Source: Takakia lepidozioides
Lineage: Eukaryota; Plantae; Bryophyta
Reading direction: 5' to 3'
Assembly (NCBI GenBank): GCA_030704615.1
Contig: CM060732.1
Span: 3,100,001-3,164,000 of the forward strand
DNA: 64,000 bases
Below are positions 24,009-35,734 of the stretch, in pieces (positions within the stretch are counted from its first letter, which is position 1; each line of letters opens with the position of its first letter). A model generated the notes under the pieces. The model was not told where the DNA came from. It worked only from the letters and a program-made list of their open reading frames with translations, and made no database searches. Both the position numbers and the translations under genes were made by a program.

Positions 24009-27000
24009 TCAACGCTTCTTCCGCTTTTGAGGTCGCTCTTTGAAAGCTGCAACCGCCTCGGATGCGTTCCTCATTTCTGAGGCACGCACCCAAGTTGCTT
24101 CCACTTGATGATAGCCCTTCCATTTCACGAGATACTCCGTTTCTTGATTCTTGAACTTCCTCGACTTAAGCACTGCCTCCACCTCGTACTCAGGTTCATT
24201 TTCATGATCCAACAGCACAGGTACGCAACACTTGATGCCGATTCGGACGCGCTTCATCTTTGAAGTAAGGCTTCAAAAGGGAGACATGGAATACCGGATG
24301 CACCTTGTTGTTTGCCGGCAGCTCCAATTCATACACATCCTCATTCATAACCTTCCGGATGCGAAAGGGCCCCGCATACGAAGGTACGAACTTTGGACTC
24401 ACTTCCGGAGGTAGTCAAAAATTCTTGATGTTCAACCAGACCTCCGTGCCTGCCTCAAACTTAACCTCCCTCCGCTTCCGATTCACCTGCCGTTCATACC
24501 GTTTCCTAGCTTTGGCAATGTTGTACTTTGCGAACTTCAACAAATGCTCGCATTCTTCCAGCACCGCTGCTGCTGCCGATTCCTCAACGTCCTGGGCGGC
24601 CCAACTTGTCGGCACCAGAGGTGCTTTTCCATAGACCAATACGAAAGGAGAAACTCCCATTGCGGAGTGTTTTTTGTTATTATAACATAACTCTGCCGCA
24701 TCCAAGTGCTCCACCCAGTCTGATTGGTCTGCCGACATATAATTCCGCAAGATCTGCTTCACCACGGAATTAACTCTTTCCGTTTGGCCGTCCGTCGTAG
24801 GTTGGAAGGCCGTACTTACCTTGAGTCTCGTCCCCATCTTCTTCCAAAGTGCCCTCCAAAATTTACTTGTAAACTTTGGATCGTGGTCCGAGACAACATC
24901 CTTCGGGAGTCCATGATGCTTGAAGACGTGGGCGAAGTAAAGTCGCCCCGTCTCCTGCGCCGTTGTTGTCTCCTTGGTGGGAATGAAATGGCCCATTTTA
25001 GTGAACCTATCCATCACCACCATGATTGCATCGAATCCTTTTGACAGCGGCATAGCAGTCATGAAATCCATCGAGACATTTTCCCAAGACCCCTCTGGAA
25101 TTGACAAAGGTTGCAACAGCCCCGCTTACTTTTTGTACTCGCTTCGGTTTTTGTTGCATGTAGTGCATGTCTTGACATACTCCTCGGCCTCATCCCTCAG
25201 TTTGGGCCAGAAATACTCTTTCTTCAAGTGTGTCACGGTGCGCTTGGCTCCGCCGTGGCCCGCAAGCGGGCCATCATGGCATTCTCTCAAGAGACTATCT
25301 CTGATCCCTCCCTTCGGCATGTAGAGACGCTTTTGCTTGTACCGGAGTAGTCCATTGTGCAAGTGGAACTATGATTTAACCCCCATCCTCAAGTCCTGCG
25401 ACTTTGCCATCTCATCCTTCCGGTAAGCCTTCCGGATCTTCCTTTGGAGCGTCGTCTCGCCCCTGTACATCAACATGAGCTGCTGCTTTCTACTTAAAGC
25501 ATCGGCCACCACATTGTCTCGTCCCGGTTTGTACTGGATATCCACGTCGAACACTGCCAAAGTGTCTTGCCACCTAAGTTGTTTTGGGGACAACTTAGGC
25601 TGCATGGCAAAATACTTCACCGTGACATTGTCCGTGAACACCTTCACCGGGTTGGAACCAACATAGTGGCACCAAAGCTCGAGGCAATGCACCACTGCCT
25701 TCATTTCCTTCTCGTGCGTAGACCAACGTTGCTCCACTTCATTCAGTTTCTTACTTTCGTAAGTCACTGGACGTCCGTCCTGCATGAGTACAACCCCAAT
25801 TGCAAAGTCCGACGCATCTGTATGAATCTCAAATGGACAGTCGAACTTCGGGATTTTCAGGACTGGAGCTTCCGCCATCCGCTGCTTCAACTCGGCAAAA
25901 GCTTGGCCACAAAAGGTGTTCCACACCCATACCTTGGACTTACACAGAAGGTCCGACAGCGGCCCCGCGATCTTGGCGAAATTTCTCACATACTTTCAGT
26001 AATAGGAGGCGAGTCTTAGGAAGGATCGTACTCCCAGGACCAAAGTCAGAGGTTCCCAGTCCAAGATCGCCCTCACCTTTCTGTCATCCATTTTGATCCC
26101 ATCTTGTGTTATCACATGCCCTAGGAACTCCACTTTTGTGACCCTGAATTCGCACTTTGAAGCCTTGGCATACAGCTTCCCTTCCTGCAGTTTCTGGAAC
26201 ATCCTTTTGAGGTGCTCCAAGTGCTCTTCCTTTGTTTTTGAGTACACCAAGATGTCGTCAATGTACACGATCACAAAGTCATCCAACCACTCCTGGAAAA
26301 GACTGTTCATTAGCGTGCTAAAGGTCGCGGGTGCATTGGTGAGCCCAAAAGGCATCACCAAGAACTCATATGAACCATACCTTGTCCTGCACGCGGTCTT
26401 CTCCTCATCTCCTTCCGCCACTCGGATTTGATGGTAGCCGGAGCGCAAATCGATCCGGCTGAAATCTTCGCTCCTGCCAACCAATCGAAGAGGTCGTCGA
26501 TCCTTGGCAATGGGTACCGGTTTTTGATAGTCACCTTATTCAGAGCCCTGTATCAACATCCCATCCTTCTTGTCTACGAATAGCACCGGGGCTCCGTAAG
26601 GTGACTTACTCGGCCGGATGTACCCCTTTGACATTACATCCTTGAGCTGGGCCTTCAGCTCGACCAACTCGTTGTGGCTCAACCGGTAGGGCACCTTGGC
26701 AGGCGGCACCAATCCCGGTATCACCTCTATCTTGTGGTCTACTCCTCTTCGCGGTGGCAAGCCGCTTGGTAAATCCTCCGGCATCACATCCTGGTATTTC
26801 TCCAAGAGCCCCTTGATCCAATCTGGGCTCGGCTCCCTATCAACGTCTCCTTCCACTTGTCTTACGTAAAGCAAAAATTGGGGTTCGTGTGTCTCCTCCA
26901 CGGCCCACTCCCTTGCTGTCAACAGGTTTGTTTGCCCTCCCACTCGGTTGGGCGTTTCCGACACTTGTAAAACTTCGCCACCATCCCCACACGGTAGCGT

Positions 27001-27790
27001 GACTACTCTCTTGTGGCCATCTATGACCGCTCCGGATTTGCTCAAAAAGGTCATCCCCAAGATGAGATCCACTCCATCGATCTCGCAAATGGTGAAGTTT
27101 TCACATCCCTCCCAACTCCCGAGCTGAAGAGGAACATCGAACGCCAACCTCGTCGCCAATTGTGGTTCTCCTTTGGCCGAACGCACTTCAATGGAGGCCC
27201 CCACATCACTTGTTGGGAGCCCCAACTTCCGTGCCGTTGCCGGTGTCATGAAGGAGTGCGACACTCCTATGTCCACCAACAACGACACGTTAGTTCCGAA
27301 AATTATCCCGCTCACGAACATTAACTGACTCCCTTTATGCAAGGGGCCAGTCTCTTGGTACAACTCACAAGAGTAGTTGCCTACCTTGCAAGTCTTGGTG
27401 ACCACCGCTTCCACCAAGCGGCTGATGGAATCTTCAGACAGCTCCGTGGTCGCCCGAGTCATGTTTAATTGACGGGGCTTCGCGCACTTCTTAGCCATGT
27501 GCCCGGGCTCCCCGCAATTAAAGCACACTCCATCGAAGGTCGTCTTCTATCCGCCATAAGCCGTCACACCCGATTTTCCTTTCGGAGCACCGGGTGCCGC
27601 CTTGACGTGTGAATGCCCTCTCTTTGATTTCCACGTGCTATTGTCACCGCGTAGCCTATCCCACTTCTTTGCCGGTCGGAAGGAGTCACCATCCCGTCGA
27701 GTTTTCTTGTGGTTCAGCTCCTTATGGCCTTGTCTTTCGCCCCTGGGGACATCCGAGATACATTCAGCCCTTTCAATTGCCTCGTTCAAA
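24009..27790 (-). pseudogene. G2 gag C-terminus/PR/RT/RH/IN/chromodomain, degenerate
   Basis: CFNCGEPGHMAKKC knuckle, [36 protein letters not shown]. An internal deletion removes LRMCVDY near 26550. Confidence 0.92.
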
Positions 27791-28253
27791 GGGGGGCTGC
27801 TATTTCATGAGCCATGAGCCATGAGCGGCATGAGCCATGAGCAGAGTCGTAAGTGTGGAAAAAACATGAGCAGCACTATTTTCCGGAAATGAGTGTCCGC
27901 GGGAATAGGGTTTAGGGTGCCACGGTCATAGGGGGAGAAGGACCTCCCGATGAAGGAGGTTCGGCAATGTTATTTAGAATTATATATTGAAAGGCAATGT
28001 TTCGCGAATGGTAGGGTGGTACTGCTCTGTACAATGGGGGCCCATTTCAGCCTACCAGCCATTTGCAAAATTCACCCACACTCCCAATCCCAAACGAAAT
28101 GAGCAATGACGCATTCTCGGAACAATGGACACAGAATAGAATAAAAAGAGGGCACAATGAGGTTTTTATTGATCCACATGAATTGCATTTGAAGCACGTC
28201 TACTGTGCTGATTGTGCCCTCAAATCTTGAGCCCTGTGCCTACTGAATACAAG

Positions 28254-29200
28254 TCACGTTGTCAATGGGACTTCGACTGCTCTCAGAACTAGCTCATGAG
28301 TCCTGGGGCTCCTCCATGTAAAGTCGATTGCAGCCGTTGTACCGCCCCTAGTGATGTTCACCACAATGTCCTGCCCTTCAATCATACCACCATCGAATAT
28401 GGAAATCTTCACGTTTTCGTCGTCCACACCAATGCGAATGTCCCCATACAATGGAGAAGAGGAGCGCACTCCTCGAGGAGAATAGGTCTCTCCGATGGAG
28501 TCCACCCACGTCCAGTGGCAGCAGTTCCACCGCAACAGCATAGCAGTGCGCCTTCTTCTGCATGGGTGACCGTCGTAGCTGGGAAAATCGGAATCGAGGA
28601 TGCGCAGGAGCCACGGACTCCTCAACCAAGATCGTCACCCCGCTCGAAGGCGTAGTGGCCTACGATATACTCAAAAGCCACCAATGTTTCCACAATCGAA
28701 CCAGTATCTTCTGTGTAATCTGTGTACCAGATAACAATGTCTCCCGATGTGGCCGAATACATTGCATAATCGATGCCTCCAAAGGGGCAGTCGTCCCGGT
28801 TCCGGAAGCACGGCATCCTTGCAAAGGAGGACCTGAGGACGACTTGGATGCCGATGACCTTGCGGACAGCTACGAAGCCCTTAGATTTTGGAAAAGATAC
28901 GAAGCGGAAGAGCAGTCCGGCCTCCAAAATGGAGCATCTGGGTCACACGTACCCACCGACGGAGGTGGAACGTGTTCATCACGCCAGCGGTGGATGAAGC
29001 CATACATCTTTCTCATCAACAAGTTATAGTTTGAGATCTGCCACGAAGTCCATCCCCCCGGATGGAAATTCGGCGCCGCATTTACATCGAAGAGGGGATG
29101 GACTTCGTCGTGTCCAGTGGCTATCGGCCCACCTGGCAGTGACTGCCCATAGTTTGCATGGCAGGGTAGGAAACTGAAACGGCTACATTCATGCAGCAGC
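28254..29200 (-). CDS. E1 ORF-X, unknown accessory protein (frameshifted; start uncertain)
   Basis: Pieces 28870-29349, 28622-28927 and 28254-28625. Supported as coding by protein-level similarity to 52099-52610. Confidence 0.6.
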
Positions 29201-29471
29201 CAATCTTCATCGGTCCAGGATCCTGTACGGGGGAAATTTAAATGTGCCCTGGAGTGTGCCCTGGAATGTACCTCACTTCTGTATGACTGTGTTTCATTGT
29301 GTTGAATAACTCTCGGATTTGGCCCACTGTTTACAATTTGATGTCTCATTTCTACAATTTGTCTGTCTGGTTGAATAAAGCAGAGTAACCGGTATGTGAG
29401 TCATGTGTCAAGAATATACCAGAGTAACGCCAACATTGGGGGCCAAAATCGAAAAAATTTAATCCGTGTCG

Positions 29472-30121
29472 GGAAATGCGGCACCGCATTTCCATGTCGG
29501 GCAACAAGAAAATGCGGTGCATCATTTCCGTCCAGGTACACGAAATACCAACACGGGTCTATAAATTGATCAGAAAACGAGGTTGGCATTGCAAATGCGG
29601 CGACGCATTTCCAGCTTGGCAATGGAAACTTCTTTTTGGACAAGGGAATGCGGTGCCGCATTTCCGTCCAACACTTCGAAAAGTGCACCTATTTCCGACC
29701 AGCGCGATGGAAATGCGTTACCGCATTTCCGAGAGAGGGTCTGCAAATGACAAATTGCGATGTCCGTTCTGGAAATGCGGCGCCGCATTTCCATGTCCGT
29801 CATCGACTTTTTTTTTACAATGGAATGCGGTGCCAATTTTTGCTGATGGGCTGCAGTTCGAACAACCCATCCCCAATATGGAAATGCGGCACCGCATTTC
29901 CAATCCCGCCATGTCGGCCTCCTTGTTCGACCTCCTTGTTCGACCTCTGTAAGCGTGGTGGCATCCATGCAATGAGCGGGAGAGGCCAAAACTGGCGTGT
30001 GGACAAAGGAAATTTTGGAAATGCGGCACCGCATTCCCAATTCAGATTACTTTTTACTATGCCAACATTGAAATGGAAAATTAGTCCCTCCCCTGTTTTG
30101 GAAATGCGGTGCCGCATTTCC
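29472..30121. repeat. E1 array A: about 10 copies of palindrome GGAAATGCGGYRCCGCATTTCC
   Basis: Copies at about 29472, 29508, 29591, 29645, 29709, 29771, 29822, 29880, 30017 and 30100, separated by non-repetitive spacers. Confidence 0.93.
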
Positions 30122-30319
30122 AAAAGAGGTTCTTAGAGTTGCCAAAATTTTGGAAATGCCCTGACCCATTTCTGATTTTGGGAGCGTCCTGGTTTGGGCG
30201 ATTGTGTGGCTGGAATGCACACTGGAGAGGGGTCACGAATGTCGGGCAGAATTTCTTTATATACTCTGGAAGAATTTACATTTACAGAGACTTCATTAAA
30301 ATTCTATTAATCTTGAAAA

Positions 30320-33300
30320 TCATCAAATCCTCATCCTGTTCTAGACTGTCCTGCTCCTCCTCCCACCCCCTCAGTGCCTCTCTCATCTCCAGCGGACTGC
30401 TCGTTGGCCAGGCTTTCGAAAATCCCATCTTCCCCTTGCGGAACTGTCCATCTCACCTCCGTTGGGTCGTCTCCTCCCTGTCTGCGTCGCTCTCATCCGC
30501 TGAATCACATATGTACTTTCGTACCCGTCTACCTGTCTGAGCTGCTGCCAACTCTTTCCTTATCCTTCTGTCCTCCCTAGCCCTCTCCAAAATCTGCTCT
30601 ACTTTACTGGGATTCTCACTTCTTCTAATCGCTGTATTTGCGAGTTTAGCTGCATAACTAGGAAGGGAGTAGTCCCTCACCGGGCTCGTCATGAAGTCGG
30701 CCCTCGCAAAGAACGGGACATTCTTCCTGGCAGGAAGTGTAGGCCCTACATGTTTCGACCCGGACCCTGCAATCCTGCACATGACAATCATCAACGAGAC
30801 TAATGAGAACCACAGTCGGGAAATTCCTTTGACATAAATGACCCAGAAGGCTTTGCAAACTTACAATGTTTGCACTCACTCGTATTCCGGGTTCTCCTCC
30901 GCATCAATGTCCACTGTGTTCCTCGGACTCCGACGAATCCGAGGAGACTTCCGCTCTGTCGGGAGCCTTCACATTCCGTTGCAGCCCCTCCAGATGGGAT
31001 CCCCACACGGATGAATCCTCCTCGTAGGCAAAGAGGTGCCGGTCGGAAAACCGCCCAGCCCACATTGAGGCACCTGTTACAATGCCATCCACACATTACC
31101 ACATGGCGCTTCAGATGTTGCGAACTACATCCTAACGAGAATTTGCAGAACAGCAGAGATCAAGATTCTGCATACCTGTCCCACAGATGAGGTCGAGCAC
31201 TGTGCCCTCCACGTCTGTGCATGTCTCCATAATTGTCTGAATGAAGGCAGGGCTCCGAGTCCGTGAGTACCGCAGGGGTTCCGTTGAAGTGAGGCTATGA
31301 GGGAGAAGTTCCTTGGGAACGTTGTTGAACAGAACGTCGTAATCGAGTGGGTCGCAGTTCGGGTCAACCTTTCCTCCCTCCTTCCGGAAAGCAAAGGTGG
31401 AGTTTTCCTTCACAAAGCAGTATGCATCGAACTGCTTCGTCTGCATACACAGGGGGAAAACGATTAGAAACCGAATGCGGCACCGCATTTGAAACACCCA
31501 AGCAAATGAATGGACGAGTGCCAGTGTCGTAATCACCTTCTTCCCTTCCGACCGAAGGCCCAGTGTGTTGATGCACGTCTTCTTTTTCAGAATCGGGACG
31601 GCGCTCTTGCGGGTCCACTTCGCAATTCCCTGAGTGTTACCCTCAGGACAACCACACAGCCTCTGTCGTCCAACACCATGCGGGCAAGCCCGAATCCTTT
31701 CTCCAAAAGTCCTCCGAGTACCTGTTCCAAGATGGCAAAGCTTGCAGTCCTTCCACAGGCTCTCCGTCCGGAATATCCAAGATGATCATATCGCAAGACC
31801 ACTCGGTGGCATTTCCGCCCCTCCTACAATCCTTGTCTGCACACACCCTCTCAAAGAACGAGACCATATTCTGAAATCCTGGGGTGTCGGAAGGCTCTTC
31901 GGCAGTCGCCTTCTTCAGTGCTCTGCCCTTCAGACCCTCCATGGTCTTCATGTATGCCAACTTGGCTGCCCGTCCATCCAAAGCCGCCAAGAAACTCTCA
32001 TTTACACACTGGACTACAGTTTCGGGAGCCACTTTCGGCCTCTTCATTTCCACCGGCTCGAAAGGGTGCCCCCCTGGGGGGTTGAAGAGTGCCTTCTTTG
32101 CCGAGCCAGTTCTCGTGCCTCTCGTGACAACGGTGGGCACAGGGAGGCAGCCTGCGTTTGGGGGGGTGGGCTGGTTGCAAAGTCTCCATCGGAGTCCTCT
32201 TCCTCACCCTCTTCCTGAACAGGCTGTTTCTGCTTCTTCGTTTTGGCGGGTGTCACAACAGCTGCTCCTTGCTGGCGAGTCCTCTTCTTCGACCCCTTCT
32301 GTTGGGCCTGCACAGCTGCATCCACCGTCTTTTGTGCCATCTCAGCTGCCTTTCTGGATTCTTCCAGCAGCAGATTCCTTTGCCGACTTTGGCCCAGCAG
32401 GGACACGTCTTTCCTTTCTCTTCTCTTCTGCCAAGGCGTGCAGATCTTTCTCAGACTCGTCAACAATACCGCCAGACATGTCCAGGTACCACGGGCATCC
32501 AACGAGATGCGCGGGATGCCATTGTTTCTGCATCTCGGGTGTGTAGACACAGCTTGGGCCCGCCACGGTCCAAGCCATGAAGAACGGGGGCTCTTGAGCC
32601 AGGGCCCCTGTCTGAAGGAGCACGTATTTCATATACCTGCAAGGCAGTCAGCATGCGTGAGCAAAAGTTGAGACCAACCTACTGGCAGAGTGCCACCGAA
32701 AACATAAAATGCGAATGCGGTGCCGCATTTCCGAGACAAACCTCGTAACCAGGCTTCGCATACAAGGGCAGCTGTGCTTCACCTGTAAACAATTCGCATT
32801 GCAGCTTTCCCCGCTCCCTCCTGATGTGTAAACTCCACGCTCCTTCTTGCTGTCTGTAGCTCTCTGGCGAAAAGGTTGTCCTTGTACGCACATCTGAAAC
32901 GTGTCACGTAGTCTTCCAATGTCTGTGTTCCATCCCATTTGACGTACAAGCCGAACGAATTTGTGTGCATTACGACTTGCTCCTTCGCATTCGACATTAC
33001 CTGCGATTCCCAAATGCATTGTCACGTAGCAGTTCAGGGAATTCATGTCAGAAAAGCAAATCTGGGGAAGTACCTTGAATTACCTGGAACCACCAAGTCA
33101 TACGGTTGAGCCACACATCCACTGCAGGGTCGGAAACTTCCAGTGGAAAAGACCACATTGTCCTTATGCTCTCGGATGCATTCCAGATCGACAGCCACCG
33201 TGTCTGCCATTTCCGATCCAATGTCAGGGCTGGAAGAGAGTGGCTATTGCTAGGAAGGAAATTCAGTGCATTGAAACCTCACCTTCTCTTTCGCCTCCAC

Positions 33301-35300
33301 ACATGCCGTTGAGAGGTGATGCAGTTTCTCCAATTGCATGGTCGGCTGCATGGCCCGAGAATAGTGTTTTGCAATCTCGGGGATGAAGTCCTTTCCAAGT
33401 GCCGGATCTGCAATTGCCACCAGCTTCACAAGCTTTGACTTGTATTTGGTTCTGGACTTGACACCGGCTTCCTTCAAGTGCTCAGTCAATGACTGCAACG
33501 TTTTGACCTGCCCCTCACTTTCCATGAAGAAGCGTTTGGCATGGGCCAAATCCAGCTTGATGTTTGACTGCCAACAAAAACATGCAGAAGCGTTACATTC
33601 GATTCATGTGGAAACATTACTGGAAATTGGGGAAGGATGAGCAGAGGGAAATTGGAGCACGACTTACTTCGTATATCACCTCCACCATTATCATGTTCAG
33701 CAAAATTTTTCCTCACCCTGTACATGTGCCATGTGGGTATGCACGTACGCATTCAGTGACCCTGCAAGGCACACTCTCCAGTTCAGTACACGGAAGCACG
33801 GAATCAAACCAGAATGGAAACCGAAATGCGGCACCGCATTTCGAATGTGCTAGGGAGGGTATGAGTATCTTACGAGTTGAGGTCCGCCATGGCATTCTTG
33901 AGCAGGGAGGAGTCTGCCGCCTTCACCTTGAGGATGACACACTCCACCATGTAATGCCAGCCAATGTGCTTGGCATGGTTCTGCTTGATGTACTCCCACC
34001 AGGCGAGAAGTCGGTGATTCCCGTCCCACACAAAGAACATTTTACCCGACATATGGCCGAAGTCGGGATCACCCTTCAGCGTCGCCTCGAATTCGTGGTT
34101 GCGAGTGTGCCAGTGGGTATCCCACGTTGACAATTCATCGGCAGTGGGTCCACGGGTTTCGCCGTCCTCATTCTCATGGAAACGTAAAACGCTGCCGATC
34201 CCAGACGGTACCCTTCTCGAAATGCGAACTTGAGCTTATCCACATCTCCGGGAAGGGCCTGCCTGACGATGGGAAGGGAGACCATGCGACAGAGTGGGAT
34301 TCGAAGAGTCCGCTGGAATACCCTGCTGCCCAGAACTCTGCCAATGCTACTGTGTGTCTCCTCCAACATTTTATCCGCTGCACTTTTGAAATCCTCCGGA
34401 GACATGTCTGTAGGTGCCGGTAGTGGCTGAGCAGCTGGAGCATCCTCAACTGGAGCTGCACTCTGGGGCCTGTGTGCGGGCAATTCTGCCATTGCAGAGG
34501 CCTCCTCCGGGCCTAGCTCATCGGTGGTGAGGTCTGCCTGCGAACGTTCAGCGGCAGCACCCTCCTCCGGTACCAAATCGAGATCAACGGTCGATCCCAT
34601 TGCCTTCGCTGCAGCAGAGTCGGCCCCAACATCTGCAGGCGGGAAATCCTCCAGGAACTGAGCTTCAGCTCGTGGAAGCGGTTTTGCGGGAGATTGTTCG
34701 CCGTCGCCCTGATTGCCTTCTGCTTCCTCATCCTTGCAGGTGAAGGTGTCTGCTGCAATTGAATCTGTCTTCTACCCTGCTGCTTCATTCGCGTTGGGGG
34801 GGTGAATCGGCCTGAGCCGGTTCAGAAGCCAGTAGAGGGACGGGCTGCTTCTTCTTCGACTTTGCTGGAGAAGGGCCCGACCCCTGCTGGCGATTCTCCA
34901 TGATCGAAGAACGCGAGTCGATCTCTGGGACTTTGAACTTGCCCTTCGAAGACGCGTCTTTGAATCGCAGAGGGCTAGGCCCGGCAGGAATACCCGCGCT
35001 CGGGGATCGGGTGGGTGTACGTGCTGCAGCTAGCTCCTCGGACTCTTCCTGCGGCTCTTCGGATTCCTGCGATCCCTCCAGCACGTCCACCTTTCCTGTT
35101 AGGCATGCAAACATGTTCTGCATTCAAGTCTCCTAGCATTCAGTCTAAGAATTACAGAAGCAAAATGGGGGGTTCGGTGCTCGATCAGCTGCGCGCAGCC
35201 CGATCGCATGGAGCTCTCACTGGTGGCTGGGTTGCCTGAGTGGCCTGCTGCTCGGAGATGGCAATCTCCTCCTGTAGACGCATCTGCTTCCTCCCCTTCG
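30320..35300 (-). CDS. E1 multi-exon gene: acidic/disordered N-terminus, ParB/Srx-like domain, helical region, basic linker, beta-class N4C/N6A DNA methyltransferase-like domain, acidic tail (ends approximate; frameshifts as assembled)
   Basis: ParB-like: IPLCRMVSLPIVRQ..DVDKLKFAFREGY..FYVS and FFVWDGNHRLLAW (GxxRxxA, 34002-34025). MTase: CDMIILDIPDG (31766-31777), RMVLDDRGCVVVL, RSPAFIQTIMETCTDVEGTVLDLICGTG|ASMWAG..RHLFAYEED. GT-AG introns include 31175-31074 and about 32781-32638. Confidence 0.82.
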
Positions 35301-35734
35301 GCATTGGCCTACGTCCGAAGTATAATTTCCGGAGCTTGCGACGAGGTCTCCTGTCTGGTGCACGAACTCCCCCCCTCTCAGGTTCGAGCATAAGAAGAAC
35401 AGAGAGAGGGAAAAGGGGCAAAGAGTGCAGATGGAAAGGGCGCGAGAGGGGTGACTGAGGAGACACGACAAAAGTATGAAACGGCGGTGATGCACCACTT
35501 GGGTTCGAAAGGTTGGACGAAAGTGTCTCCTCGTGGAGTTTGCGTCATTACGAAATTCGAATCGTTGAGGGTACGCCCCCGTCCGAAAACAAACATCATT
35601 ATCCAACGGTCAGGCCGCGCCGCCTCATGCCCCTTCAGTCAGATAGAGTGCCGACATGTGCAGCAATTCCGTTGCTCCACGTGTTCACATTTCAAGGCAT
35701 TTCCGTCCCAGCGTCTGATGAGTTGGAGCGAAAT

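Noticed and set aside
27905-27918. Telomere-like GGGTTTAGGG near the E1 end
   Set aside because: A single unit only, not distinguishable from chance.
30320-35300. Bacterial contamination as the source of the ParB-MTase gene
   Set aside because: The gene has spliceosomal GT-AG introns shared between paralogues and sits inside a TSD-bounded MULE nested in a plant Gypsy element.
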